Positions 1-12,644 of a stretch of DNA of 64,000 nt are shown in pieces; the stretch's first letter is position 1, and each line of letters begins with the position of its first letter. Below the pieces are notes generated by a model. That model searched no databases. It worked only from the letters and a program-made list of their open reading frames with translations, and was not told the origin of the DNA. Source of the stretch: Ranitomeya imitator (lineage: Eukaryota); contig NC_091284.1 of NCBI RefSeq assembly GCF_032444005.1, positions 195,052,001-195,116,000 on the forward strand, given 5' to 3'. The position numbers and the translations under genes were made by a program.

Positions 1-156
1 TTTAATTTTTTAATTTCTTTTCGGCCTGGTTAGAGAAACAGCAAGGCTTATGCTCTGATCTGGATATTTACCAAACCTCAGGAGAGATCTAACACTGACT
101 GTACCATTCTAACCCTTCAAAATTTTGGAGGAATACTGGACACCAAAGAATTGAAG

Positions 157-227
157 AATATCCCAAGTATGGACTGGCACCACACCCCTGTCCACCCCGG
201 GGAGTGCCAGTCCATACTTGGGATATT
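157..227. repeat. Perfect 24-bp inverted repeat with 23-nt spacer
   Basis: aatatcccaagtatggactggcac (157-180) is the exact reverse complement of gtgccagtccatacttgggatatt (204-227). Confidence 0.9.
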
Positions 228-1647
228 TCCACACTAACCGGTATGTATATACTATATATTGTGTATGGGTGTTTTTACAACATTATGGACTGTATTGTTC
301 TTTATATATAGCCACACTTGGTCAGTCCTGCACAACTATTGATTCCCTTTGAGTCTTTTTGTATGGTTAGTAACTGTACTTTTGTGTACTGGAGGCACCT
401 ATCCCCTGCCCGCTTAGGTGCATGCTATGTGTAGCGCGGGGATTGTCTTCCCTTTGTCATGTTTTTATCTGGTATAATTATTAATAAAGTTTTTTGCATA
501 TTTACATATATTTGGACTGTTTGCTGCTTCTTTTCTTTGGTTGGTTTTGGTCTTTAAGTATCGCAGTTTGTCCACTATGGTCCTATCCTTCGTCCCATTT
601 TTTCCAAATATGAGTATACCCTATTTGGGTTAAATTAACGATGCTGGTGACCTTGCTTTCTTCCACATTATTATTCTGCTTAATTATAACATATATGCTG
701 CATCTTCAAAACCAACCTGCCGCTGTCTTTAGCTGATTCTAGCACAGTTTCAGTCCTGCACTGCCATCTTGTAATTCGCACATTTGACTGACCAGAAATC
801 AATGATAATGGTCACAAGCTCTCAATGTAAGTCTATGAGAGCCTTCTTATGGCTATCATAGACGTACATTTAGTTGTGTTTCTGTATCGTCCAGCAATTG
901 CTGGAGCGATCCGACAGCTAAAAACCTGAAGAAGATGACAGGACTGGCTTCAATACCAAATGCAGACATCAGCTGCTAAGTATAGGGCTAGGGCAGGTAA
1001 CTTACATTAGTGACACCACTCCAGTAGTAAATTTAATGAAAATACTGGAGGATTGGAACTTTAAAGCAAACACACAGATCATAGTGACAATTGTGTATTG
1101 TGACTGGACTTTAATGCTACAGGCACACCAAGCAAATGAACCTCTGCCATGTATCAGTGAATCTTTCTAAGGATTGTGAATATCTGTGAAAGTGCAGTTT
1201 TATAAGCAAAAACTACTCAGACATTAACACTCCTTTAAAAGCTGTTCTGGAATAGTTTGTAGCTACATTAAAGTGATTGCTCACTAAAAGAAAACCCATT
1301 TTAATGCTCCCAGTGTGCTGAGTAAAATACAAAAGCATACTAACCTCCTGGACCATTCCTCTTAGCACTTGTGTCATCTGGTGATCTCATGATATTGTTT
1401 ATGTCACATAAGAGCTGTAGACTATTAGAGGCTGCCTATGCTCTGCAGCCTTCCCGAGGGGCACTTCAATCCTTTATTATAGGCCCCCTGACTGGTGTGC
1501 CCCATTTACAAGGAGTTAAATCTTGTGTCCCAATGTTCCCTGCTTCTCCTATCTCATCCCTTCCTGTTTGTCATTATGTCAACTTCCCCCTTTTCCTCCC
1601 AATCTGCTCCTCTTTATAAAGGATGTCCCAGCATCTTCCTGCCTGGG

Positions 1648-2106
1648 ACACAATCAGTGATGGTTTGGGGAGCCATGTCATCTGCTGGTATAGGTACGCT
1701 GTGTTTTATCAAGACCAAAGTCAGCACAGCCATGTACAAGTTAATTTTAGAGCATTTCATGTTTCCCTCTGCAGACAAGCTTTTTGGAGAGGGAAATTTA
1801 AATCTCCAGCAGGATTTGGCGCCTGTCCACACTGCCAAAAGTACCAATACCTGGTTTAGAAACAACAATATCACTGTGCTTGATTGGCCAGCAAACTCGT
1901 CTGACCTTAACCCCATAGAGAATCTATGGGGTATTGTCAAGATGAAGATGAGAGACACCAGACCCAACAATGTAGACGAGCTGAAGGCTGCTATCAAAGC
2001 AACCTGGGCTTCCATAACTCCTCAGCAGTGCCACAGGCTGATCGCCTCCATGCCATGCCACATTGATGCAGTAATTGATGCAAATGGAGCCCCGACCAAG
2101 TATTGA
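1648..2106 (+). pseudogene. Tc1 DD34E transposase C-terminal fragment
   Basis: Motifs VMVWGAMS, QQDLAPVH, WPANSSDLNPIENLW and GAPTKY*. The first ~50 aa of the track ORF 1495-2106 are unrelated flank. Confidence 0.9.
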
Positions 2107-2383
2107 ATGAATTTACTGAACATACATTTCAAAAGGCCAATATTTCAGATTTTAAAATAATTTTTTCAAGCTGGTGTTATAAAGTATTCTAATTTACTGA
2201 GATAATGACTTTTGGGTTTTCATTGTCTGTAAGCCATAATCATCAACATTAACAGAAATAAACACTTGAATTACATCACTCTATTTGTAATGACTCTATC
2301 TAATATATGAGTTTCACTTTTTGTATTGAATACCTGAAATAAGATAACTTTTTATGATATTCTAATTTTCTGAGATGCACCTG
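1648..2383 (+). mobile_element. Tc1/mariner transposon, 3' part (5'-truncated) with right TIR
   Basis: Transposase C-terminal half, then a TIR ending ...ttttctgagatgcacctg followed by TA at 2384-2385. Confidence 0.9.
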
Positions 2384-3191
2384 TATGTGACAAGTCAAAA
2401 GAGGGAGGATGAGCAGGCAGCAGGAAACCAGTGTGCAGCAAGAAATTGATTAGTGAGTCTTTTGGTTTCTAAGTTCTATGACACCTGAGGATGATGTTGA
2501 AATTTTTTTTAAATCTTTAACAGTACAGTTCCAAAAAGCTCCAAATCACCATTGGGTCTTTATGAAGTGAACCTTAAACTTTTGGAGGTGGGTGTGGAAA
2601 CCAGGAGTTATAGGGAAAATAATTTTTGAGGTGTGGTGTTGTGGGGGCTATACTTTTCATGTTTTTCTAAAGAAAAAACTTTTCAAGCAGAGATCTGTTT
2701 ATCAGCCAGAAGAATTGTATACTGGCAAGATTGGTAGTCCAAGGGAGTAAACCACCTTTATTACTCCTTATGGTGGTATTCAGCCCCTCAGAATAATTTT
2801 AAGAAATGTTCTCTTTTTTGTGAGCACCTTTTTCACCTTCAGTTAGTGGGTATATAGGTTGGTTTATTTAAAACGTAATAAAAGTTGTATTTTAGAAAAG
2901 TTTTTTTTAGTAAGCTGAGGTGGGTATGGAACCAAATGGCTCCACTGCCATCTTTCAGTTTCTGGATAAGTGGAAACTATATGGGTTGCATGTCATCCAA
3001 TACAGGAACCTGTTTGTTGGGCTCTCCATGCATGTATTGTGCCTGTCACACAGCCGCGAAACATGCAGCTGTGGCAGAAGTTGGTGGAAACTGGGTTCCC
3101 TCTGCAGCTTATTTGGCAAGCTCTATAGCTTGCCGAATAAGAGGGAACCCAAGCAATATCACTCATCTCCAGTTATGAGCCTACAATTTAA

Positions 3192-3836
3192 CCTTCCTCT
3201 AGTGTTAGCTTTCTGTTACTCTTTCTTATGTTGACGGGTCAGTTTTGACCCGTGTCTTAAATCACCCCTAGGATACCCTAAAAACATTTATGATCCAATT
3301 TGTTTCTTACCTCTTAGTTACCTTGTTAGCTTTTCTCATTCATAGAAGGATTGATTTTAATGTTTTTGTTGTGGCCCCCTGGGCCTTTCATTTGAGAGCA
3401 TACCCTTCATATTCAATATAAAAATATTGTCAAATGAACCTCAAGAGAATAATATAAACTATACTCTGCAAAGTACCAACTCTAAGCTGATTTGGCCATA
3501 CATGCCTGGACCTGTTCCTAACTCAAGTTGTTGGAGGTAGAGCTGGCTGTGGGCTGTTGGTTTATATTGTGTTCATGAGCTCAGTTTTGGGACTTATTAT
3601 TGTTTTTTTACTCTTATATTAGACCTGGGTGGAAATTGACCCCAACAACACAAATGTTATAATTTTAATAAGAGCATTTTACAATTTATTAAAATAGCTT
3701 TATTTTATTGTATTTTGTTTAACAATAAGTTCCTGAAAAAGTCAAAAAGTCTTGATGCAATAAACAAATGTATGTAGAATTTGTATGCATTTAAAACCTA
3801 AAACGGGTCGGTCACGACCCTAACACTAGAGGAAGG
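3192..3836. mobile_element. TTAA-flanked MITE (piggyBac-like), 645 bp
   Basis: Perfect 17-bp TIR ccttcctctagtgttag / ctaacactagaggaagg. TTAA at 3188-3191 and 3837-3840. Subterminal cgggtc..gaccc palindromes. Confidence 0.85.
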
Positions 3837-4719
3837 TTAAATGTGAAAGTAGAAGTGATTATAATCACCTGCAGGTTAATGGGAGGAGTGCAGCGTCAGG
3901 CTGGAAGCAGTCACACCTCGCACAGTAAAATATAAAGGAAAACCTGACCAGCACCTTCTAAGTGTGAATAGGTGCCAGCTGCGATGTCTGTGTTATATTT
4001 AAAAAGGAAACCCAGCAGCACTCTAAATGAGCCAAGATATATGCAAACACTGAAAACATTAAATCTAAACTATGTTACTACTCAATAAGATGTACTTACA
4101 CACAATGACGGTTCATAGCACATAAATTGGTCAATTCATGTATGCCCATCAACCACGGCAAGGAGACCTACAATTTAAATGGGCTAATTGATATAAAGTT
4201 TCAATGTATGTGACATTTGTAATGCAACTTTTGATAAAAAAAAGTCAGAAAAATGTCTAATGACAGAAAAAAAGGACCATATTTTGTACAGTATGCCAAA
4301 TTTGTGAACTGCCTTGGCCGTTTTTGGAAATTGGGTGCAATAAACGTCAGCAAAAATTACAAGACAAAAAAAGAAAAGTGGCTTAAAAAAAGTAGAAATG
4401 ATGAATAAAGCCTTAGTGCGATAAACAGACAGGCATAAAAAGACAATCAGACAGAGAGAGATGGTCTCTATATTCAATAATTATTTAAAAAGAAATACCG
4501 TATATACTCGAGTATAAGCGGACCCGAGTATAAGCCAACCCCCCTAATTTTGCCACACAAAACTGGGAAAACGTAATGACTCGAGTATAAGCCTAGGGTG
4601 AGAAATGCAGCAGCTACCCTACCAGTAAATGTCAAAAGTAAAAATAGATACCAATAAAAGTAAAATTAATTGAGACATCAGTAGGTTAAGTGTTTTTGAA
4701 TATCCATATTGAATCAGGA

Positions 4720-5435
4720 GCCCCATATAATGCTTCATACAGTTTATGATGGCCCCATAAGATGATCCATATTAAAATATGCCCCATATAAACCTGCATA
4801 AAGGTAAATAATGGCCCCATAAGATGCTCCATAGACACATTTGCCCAATATAATGCTGCACAAATGTTGATTATGGCCCCATAAGATGCTCCATAAAGAT
4901 ATTTGCCCCATATAGTGCTGCACAAATGTTGATCATGGCTCCATACAGACGCTTGCCCCATATAGTGCTGCACAAATATTATGGCCCCCTACAGACACTT
5001 GCCCCATATAGTGCTGCACAAACATTATGGCCCCATAGAGACACTTGCCCCATATAGTGCTGCACAAACATTATGGCCCCATACAGACACTTGCCCCATA
5101 TAGTACTGCACAAACGTTATGGCCCCATACAGACACTTGCCCCATATAGTGCTGCACAAATGTTATGGCCCCATACAGTGCTGCACAAACATTATGGCCA
5201 CTTATAATGCTGCACAAACGTTATGGCCCCATATAGTGCTGCACAAACGTTTTGGCCCCATACAGTGCTGCACAAACATTATAGCCCCATATAGTGCTGC
5301 ACAAATATTATGGCCCCATATAGTGCTCCACAAATGTTATGGCCCCATATAGTGCTGCACAAATGTTATGGTCCCATATAATGCTGCACAAACTTTATGG
5401 CCCCATAAGATGCTGCATTCAGACACTTGCCCCAT
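4720..5435. repeat. Minisatellite (~27-39 bp units) inside the Tc2-like element
   Basis: Repeated ggccccatatagtgctgcacaaacatta, with and without a cagacacttg insert. Confidence 0.85.
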
Positions 5436-5695
5436 TTGCTGTTGCTGCGATAAAAAAATAAAAAAATCACATACTCACCTCTCCGTCGCTCAGGCCCACG
5501 GCACTTTCAATATTCACCTGCTCTTCGTTCCGTCGCCGCTCCATCTTCAGTGTCTCCTGCACTGACGTTCATGCAGAGGGTGCGCACTAACCACGTCATC
5601 GCGCCTTCTGACCTGAGCATCAAAGCTGAAGACGGAGCGGCGCCGGAACGAAGAGAAGGTGAATATCGTGCAGTGCAGCGCTCCCCTCCTCGTTA

Positions 5696-5938
5696 TACTC
5701 ACCTGGTCCTGGCGCTGTGCAGTCCCTGCTTCCCCGTGCCGGCAGCTTCTTCCTGTACTGAGCGGTCACCGTTGCCACTCATTACAGTAATGAATATGCG
5801 GCTCCACCTCTATAAGAGGTGGAGCCGCATATTCATTACTGTAATGAGCGGTACCATGTGACCGCTCAGTACAGGTAGAAGCTGCCGGCGCCGGGGAAGC
5901 AGGGACCTGCAGGGACCGCACCAGGAGTAGGTGAGTAT
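5696..5938. repeat. Long imperfect palindrome inside the Tc2-like element
   Basis: Arms ...ctcattacagtaatgaatatgcggctccacctct / agaggtggagccgcatattcattactgtaatgag..., centre at 5812-5814. Confidence 0.85.
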
Positions 5939-7805
5939 TATTAGACAGCTCCCACTCCCCTGCCGACCCTGGGTATGACTCGAGTATAAGCCGAGAGGGG
6001 GACTTTCAGCCCAAACAAATGGGCTGAAAATCTCGGCTTATACTCGAGTATATACGGTAATTCATACTTGCTCCATATTTTTAACACCTACTTTATTTGT
6101 AGCAAATTTACATAGTATAATTGCTCTGCAGATGTATCTGCATCTATTTTTAAAATAACATCTAAAGTAACATTGTACACACATTTTTTTCTGATGACAG
6201 TGTTGGTCACGATTAATCTGCTAAGAAATATAATGCATTTCACAATAGCTTCAAAACCTAAATATTTGAAATCAGCATTTCATAGTCACAAATTATTATA
6301 ACATATGTTGGCTAAATATGCCTTTAGTTATAAAGGGGTCATCTCTCTGACTTAAAAAAGTTACAAAAGCAAAGAATGTAGAAAATTACAAAATGATTAT
6401 GTACTTGATGTACTCATGTAATGATTATGATTAGGCAAATCAATTCCATTTGAATCATTTCAAATATTATAGAAGGTTGCATCAGCCAGAAAAGCTCACA
6501 TAAACTCAGCAGTGGCTGAGTGCGCTTCCCTGTAATGCATTGCAAACATCACAGCGAATTAGAAGGAACTGTCATAGCCTGTATAAAAGCTATTACAATG
6601 AACGCAGCAGCCAATTTGTGTTGAATCTTGATCATAAGAGAATATCACAGCTCACAGCTTCACAATAGAGATAAGGAGAGTTAGATATAAAACAATGCAT
6701 AAACATTACATATGGTGTATGACAGCACAGCATTGAAGAACAGTTACCATCAGTTTACAAATATTATACGTATGTTGAGGCCATTTTGACACTACAAAGA
6801 CGGTGTTTGCATTAAAGATCTTGAAAGGGGTTGGATACAGTCCAAAGCACCTCCGCATATTATACACATATTTTCAGGATAACTAGAGTACTTTAATTTA
6901 TGAGAAAAATTTGGCAAACCTTAGAAATTTGAGTTTCAAAAGAATTGCCCGTCTTTACACATAAATAATGATTTGCAGTAAACTAGTTAACACTTCAATT
7001 AAATGATAACACAAGGGACTTTAAGTATAATCTCCTTAAAGGAGTTGTCTGAAAAATTACTAAAGAAAAAGACAGGTAAAAATTATAATAAAATGGTGCA
7101 TAATCACCACATTCTAAATCTTGTGGCTCAAGATCATTTAGTATCATGAATGGACGCAGCAGTCAGGTGCCTGAAAGGGCACATCATCAGAAGTACATAA
7201 AAAATAAATTATTCTTTTGATTTTGGACACCTCCACATGTCCAATGGAAAGGTTTTTTGTATTAAGTTAGTCTTGGTTTGTGTTTGTTAATTAGTGTTAA
7301 TTAAAAATATTATTTACTTTAAAATTTACTTCAAAATTACTTAATCAGATGATTTTTACATTATGTGTTAGGTAGTTCATTACCTAAATGAGAGTTTAAT
7401 TTTATAGATTATTTTTTCTATAATCAATGGATTGTGTTCACTTGAATTGTGTTCCTTCATCTCTTGATGTCAGAGAGCAAAATTTACAAATGTTCTACAG
7501 CTTAGTTTGCCATTTGACATGTGTTTTATGTAGTTTTTAATCAAACATGATAAACCTAATGCATAAGAAAGAGCAATCAATATATATTTCCATGGCAGTA
7601 TGACTCATGCCCACACCGTACAAGCAACAACTAGAGTCCTAATTACACAGCTCATCCTGACATAAAAAATATAATGAAACCTGTAAAAACCATCATCAAT
7701 CCCTAAAATGCCCTTAATTATACTTTAAACCCTATTTTATGATTTGTATTTACATATTACAATGAAATGATGTTGTATACACTATGTCCTGTTGTGACAG
7801 ATTAT

Positions 7806-8108
7806 GCAAAAAAGAAAAGGTTGTTCCAGCTTCTGGCAAAATATGAAACTTTAATCCATCATGATTAAAATCAAGATTACTCCTGGGACATCACCATAAC
7901 ACTGGTGAGAAAAGCAACACGTTTCGACCGACACAGCGGTCTTTGTCACAGCTTTGTCAGAGCTGTGACAAAGACCGCTGTGTCGGTCGAAACGCGTCGC
8001 TTTCCTCACCAGTGTTATGGTGATGTCCCAGGAGTAATCTTGATTTTAATCATGATGGATTAAAGTTTTATATTTTACCAGAAGCTTGAACAACCTTTTC
8101 TTTTTTGC
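7806..8108. repeat. ~148-bp-arm inverted repeat; probable inverted Penelope-like pLTR remnant with a hammerhead-like motif in each arm
   Basis: 7806-7953 and 7961-8108 are near-perfect reverse complements around a 7-nt loop. The right arm reads tgacaaa-gaccg-ctgtgt-cggtc-gaaacgcgtc. Family assignment is inference. Confidence 0.75.
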
Positions 8109-8642
8109 GGAGTCTTCACTACGTCTCATCAGGACAGAGTTCCGGGCTTCTCCCACTAATCGGTGAGCTGGCTCCTTTTGTTTTTTCATGACAGATTATG
8201 TAGGAGATACTTTGCAGGTAAGGTTCTTCTCCCGATTTGCAGTTTAAAATACCACCAAAATATAATGATGAAATATGTGAATTTGGCATTTTTGCACCCT
8301 TATTGTTATGACTAATGTGGGTTCCTGCAGCCAGACCACCCAAATCAGGAAACTGAATCATGTCTAAGAGACTTGTCATTTCTGGCTGTAACTTGAAAGT
8401 TTGTAAACTGTGTAATCATGGTATACATTTCTTTCTAAGGTTTGCATTGTAAATACCTTATGTACACCACACGCAAAAGCTGGTCACATCCATTTAACTC
8501 AGCACTTGTCTGTCAGATGCAGGATGACAGAGGCATAAAAAATGTTAAAGTCCATTAAATGTGATACAAGTTGCATCTCTAAAGACTAAAGTTCCTTTAA
8601 GAACCTTAGTTTTATACCAATTATATTCCCATGAACAAAGTA

Positions 8643-9050
8643 CCATATTTTGCAGACTATAAGATGCACGTGACCATAAGGCGCACCACAAATTTTGAGG
8701 AGGAAAACAGGAAAAAAGCCTAGATTCGAGATCGATGAGCTGAGATCTCAATCTGTTCATGTGCCACCTCCAGCGGCCATTTTTCTAAAGCCCACCACCA
8801 GGAGAGCAATGTGTAGAGCAGGGACTCAGCTCCTGTCTGCATGCTGACATTTTCATGAAGCCCATCACCAGCACACCCTCTTCTCCCAGCCCAGTGCTGC
8901 CAACTTCCTGCCGCATAAAACTTTGCTTTCTGTGACCACGTTCTACCGCTGCCACCCCCCTGGAAAGCTACATTTGGACTAAAAGATGCACCCACATATT
9001 CCTCCAAAATTTGGGAGGAAAACGTGAATGTTATAGTTTTCAAAATATGG
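8643..9050. mobile_element. Tc2/pogo-like MITE, 408 bp
   Basis: Imperfect TIR ccatattttgcagactataa / ttatagttttcaaaatatgg. TA at 8641-8642 and 9051-9052. Confidence 0.75.
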
Positions 9051-9119
9051 TACATTTTAATGAATAGATCTTGCAATAAAAATAAGTTCCACAATTGGAT
9101 GTTTTATAAAATGTTCCTG

Positions 9120-9451
9120 AGTTGAGATAATCTTATAAATGTGCCCCTCCTATGTACTGTGTAAGGGCTATTTCTGACCATCCAGAGCCATGGTCTTAAC
9201 ATACTACAGCTAATGGCAGGGAAGGAAGCAATAGAGGGTATACATACTGCACAATACAGCATGGGATCACAGCTGCTGTTTGTATGAGATAAAACATGTA
9301 CAAAGTAAGAAAATGCTTTACCTCATAAACCTTTCTTTGGCTTCCTCCCCAGGAAGGACATGTTGTATGTCCAGACCATGTTCCTGGAAAGTAAGACACA
9401 GCCGTTGCACAGTACATAGCAGGGGCACATTTATCAAATTATCTCAGCACT
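9120..9451. mobile_element. Degenerate MITE with ~75-bp inverted arms
   Basis: gagataatcttataaatgtgcccctcctatgtactgtg... pairs with ...cacagtacatagcaggggcacatttatcaaattatctc. Termini are eroded. Confidence 0.6.
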
Positions 9452-9643
9452 GGTAAAATAAATTCGTACATCCAATTATGGTACTTTTTTAAATTTTATT
9501 CCAAGATTTATTGATTAAAATGCACTTTGTTTGTGGGAATGCCAATATAAGCCCTACTGTTAAATTTAAATTGATAAGAAAAAAGTGACCTTTACAGGAA
9601 GGTTTTTCCTGGACAAACCTTCATCAACAGCTTCGCTCTGCAG

Positions 9644-12600
9644 GGGGCGTGGTTTGCAGGGGACAGGAGCAGACATGCCGTTACAGAGCTCCTGAATAAT
9701 CCACTATATTGAGCTACTTTTGGCTTCCAAAAAGTGGAACTTATAGATCTATAGGCTTGGAAAACCTTTGGTCCTTATTTACAACAAATAAAATGAAGAA
9801 TATAGCGGATATTACAAGGACAACAAGCACTAATGCTTCTCACCCTGTAACAAGGCCTCCAATCAAGATGGTCGCCACACAGGCAAACATGAGAGGAAAG
9901 TCCTTCAGGGTTTCTGTCACCCATGGAATAGAAAGAGCTGGAGCCAAGAAGTTTCCGGTAAAAGATGTGAGAAAAGTCCCATTTGCTCCTGTGTTGGGGG
10001 GACCTCAGATGTTCCCCTAGACAACAGGGATTCAAGATAGAAGAATACCAACGGCTGTGTTGAATCGCCGTCAGCTGTTGCGGAGGTGATATGCCAGACA
10101 ACGTCAGTGCTGCCACCAGCAAAGAACCTTGCACTCCCCATGGCACCGCTACCCGCTTAAAAGAATGAGAAGAAGAGCTGGGAGTTTGCTGTGAGTTTGG
10201 TAGCCGCGACGCTGCGGAAGGAAGGACCCCAGGACTTGTCCCTTACCTTAACACCAGGCAAGTGCTTCAGGACCAACTCGGTCCAGTAGGGGCTGGAAAG
10301 CAAGGCCCGATGCGGCCCGGTGATTCCTCCGCCGGCCGCTTGAGATGTCACCGCATGCAGAGTGACTGATGCAGCGGCGGTGAGGGAAGAGGGAGTCCCG
10401 CCACTGCAAGGTGTTCAGCTGTGTTGTGAAGCAGCGAATGGTACACCACCACTACTATATAGCGCCACTCAGCCTCTTAGTGCTTCAGAGAGGTGTGCTA
10501 CCTTTATCCTTCATATATTTGGCCAAAAATCTCAGGGGAAATTGACAATTACCCAAACAATAAGGGGCAATCATGCAGAAGCTACACTACAGAAGGTGAA
10601 GTGGCTGATGCGGCAAGAGTTAGAGAGGAGAGAGTCTTGCCACTACAAAGTGGTGGAATAGCGTTTGGAACACCGCTACAGTTATATAATGCTTCACAAC
10701 CTCTTCTTATATTGAGGAGAGGTGCCACCCTTAAACCTTCTTTTGATACCCCTAAAATCAAAGGGGAAACTCATGAAAACCCTGACAATAATGGCAACTA
10801 TGTAGAAGCCCATCTGTTAAAGGGATTTTATCAACAAATTGGAATGGCTGTAACCAGTCCTCTGACACATCAGAAAGTGACACCTTTAAACAAATACGGT
10901 CACAACAAAAATCTATACTAGAAGAAACCAGGCTTCTTTGTATTAAAAGCTTTGAAGAAATAATCCAAAAACTACTTCCTAATTTGACCTCTACTATGGA
11001 ATCAGCCGACAAAAAAAATAGCGACACAGTAGATCAAAATGAACAGCTGGATGTAAACTATGATACAGATAATTCTTCTAATTCATCAGAGGGGCTAGAA
11101 AGTGTCCACTCAGAAGAATTTACCAAAATGATGGATACCATTCTGACAAAAATTCATCCCAACATTCCTCCTCAGAGAGTTCTACTGAATACGAGACTTA
11201 TGAGCCCATAGGAAAATTCCTATTCCAGCCAAATAAAATTAATCTTGGGTCAAGAGAAATCGGATGCAGGGCCTGAGCACCATATCTCTAATGTTTATTT
11301 AATAGATAATATACCAGCTTCTGAAGACTACCCATCTGAGAGCTTTATGATCAATATCTGCAGAGCCTTTTTAACATCTGCAAACATCTTGGAAAAGAGT
11401 ACTAATACACGTAGATACGAATCTAAAATATCCGACCTTCAACAATCAAACACAGTAAAAGCCTCTGAAACTTTTATCAAAAAGCTATTTAAAGATACAC
11501 TACATTTTATAGTCAAAGACTCTAATTTAAATTCTACCAAGGTCCCTAATGCCCCTCTTCAAGACTCAAAAATAACAGACTTTCTAGACAAAAACTACCG
11601 GATCCTGCCCTCTATCCATGCTCATAGTCCACAAATACTCTCAGACTCTCTGGAGAGGATCCAAAAAGACATCAACTACTTTAGAGACTACTTGGCTAAT
11701 TATGAAGACTTCAAAAGGAAAAATAACATAAAAATTAGAGGAATGCCGGAGTCGGTCCAGCCCTCTCAGTTAAAAAATTATATTTCTTCAATGATCTCTC
11801 ACTTATTACCCAAAAACAAAGGAAAAAATCTGATCAAGAAGGTTTTCAGAATCCAAAGGCCACTCTCTCTCCCTACAAACATTGCTCGAGACGTCATGGT
11901 GTCCCTCTATCCTACAGGGGTAAAGAATGATCTCCTTATGCTGACAAGAGACTCAAAACACCTTCCATCTCTGTACAGCAACTTATCTTTTTTCAAGGAC
12001 TTGTCTAAAGATACCCTACAAAAACGAAAATCATTCATTCAAACCACTCGGGAACTTTTATGCACCGGAATACCGTACCAATGGAAAAAGACTTCCAATC
12101 TATAAGTGAAATTTGCTTCAAAATTGTTCACACTCTCATCTCCGGAGGAAGGAATTAACTTTCCGAAAAGAACAGGATTGACATCTTCTGCTGTTTCTTC
12201 CGATACCTCCTCTCTGTGTACATCAAATATACATCCTACTTGAAAAGACCTTTATTTCACTTGTTATTTTACTAAAAAGAACCGAACATTGCCCTCCAAC
12301 CAGTCTTACGGTCACCTTAAGGTGTTCCCAGACTTGAGAGGTTTTCATACTTTACATAATATATACTGACTTTTATTTTCAGACGCTGATATTTAGCAAC
12401 ATTTAATTTGATGTCATATGAAATTGTATATGTGTACTGTTTGAGTTTCTATTTCAGGTGCTGATATTAAGCGGCAGTTGTGTTGTATAAACCTACGTGA
12501 ATGTCTGTATGTATACCTGTCTTTTTTCCCTTTTCCCTATATTATATGGGGTTTTTCCTTTTTTTCCCCTGCACCTTGCTCTCCCTTATTCTTTACCCTT

Positions 12601-12644
12601 CCCCGTTATAAAATTTATAAAACCAATAAAGATTATTGGAAAAG
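9644..12644 (+). mobile_element. L1-derived ORF1-only (HAL1-like) retroelement, 3.0 kb, TSD-flanked
   Basis: 16-bp direct repeat cagcttcgctctgcag at 9628-9643 and 12645-12660. G-rich 5' start ggggcgtgg. L1 ORF1 homology, then a ~400-bp T-rich 3' UTR with AATAAA at 12625-12630 and a short A-rich end. No ORF2. Confidence 0.8.
10362..12243 (+). pseudogene. Disrupted long ORF1p: duplicated N-terminal module, acidic linker, L1 ORF1 coiled-coil end/RRM/CTD
   Basis: L1 ORF1 motifs YEDFKRKNNIKIRGMPE, FRIQRP...ARDV, FKDLSKDTLQKRK and IPYQW. Reading past the stop at 12103-12105 gives FTLSSPEEG and ends at TGA 12241-12243. ORFs 10984-11211 and 11245-12105 share a frame. Confidence 0.75.

Larger units (their letters stand above)
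4498..6057. mobile_element. Non-autonomous Tc2/pogo-like DNA transposon, 1560 bp
   Basis: TIR ccgtatatactcgagtataag at both ends. TA at 4496-4497 and 6058-6059. No transposase ORF. Confidence 0.85.

Noticed and set aside
3860-4170. Possible retroelement 3'-end remnant
   Set aside because: The resemblance is too vague to assign a family or boundaries.
4686-5565. Several short repetitive ORFs
   Set aside because: They are translations of the minisatellite.
10362-12243. Domesticated L1TD1-like host gene
   Set aside because: Multiple stops and frameshifts plus TSD, 5' end and 3' tail indicate a decayed mobile copy. A functional relative elsewhere is not excluded.
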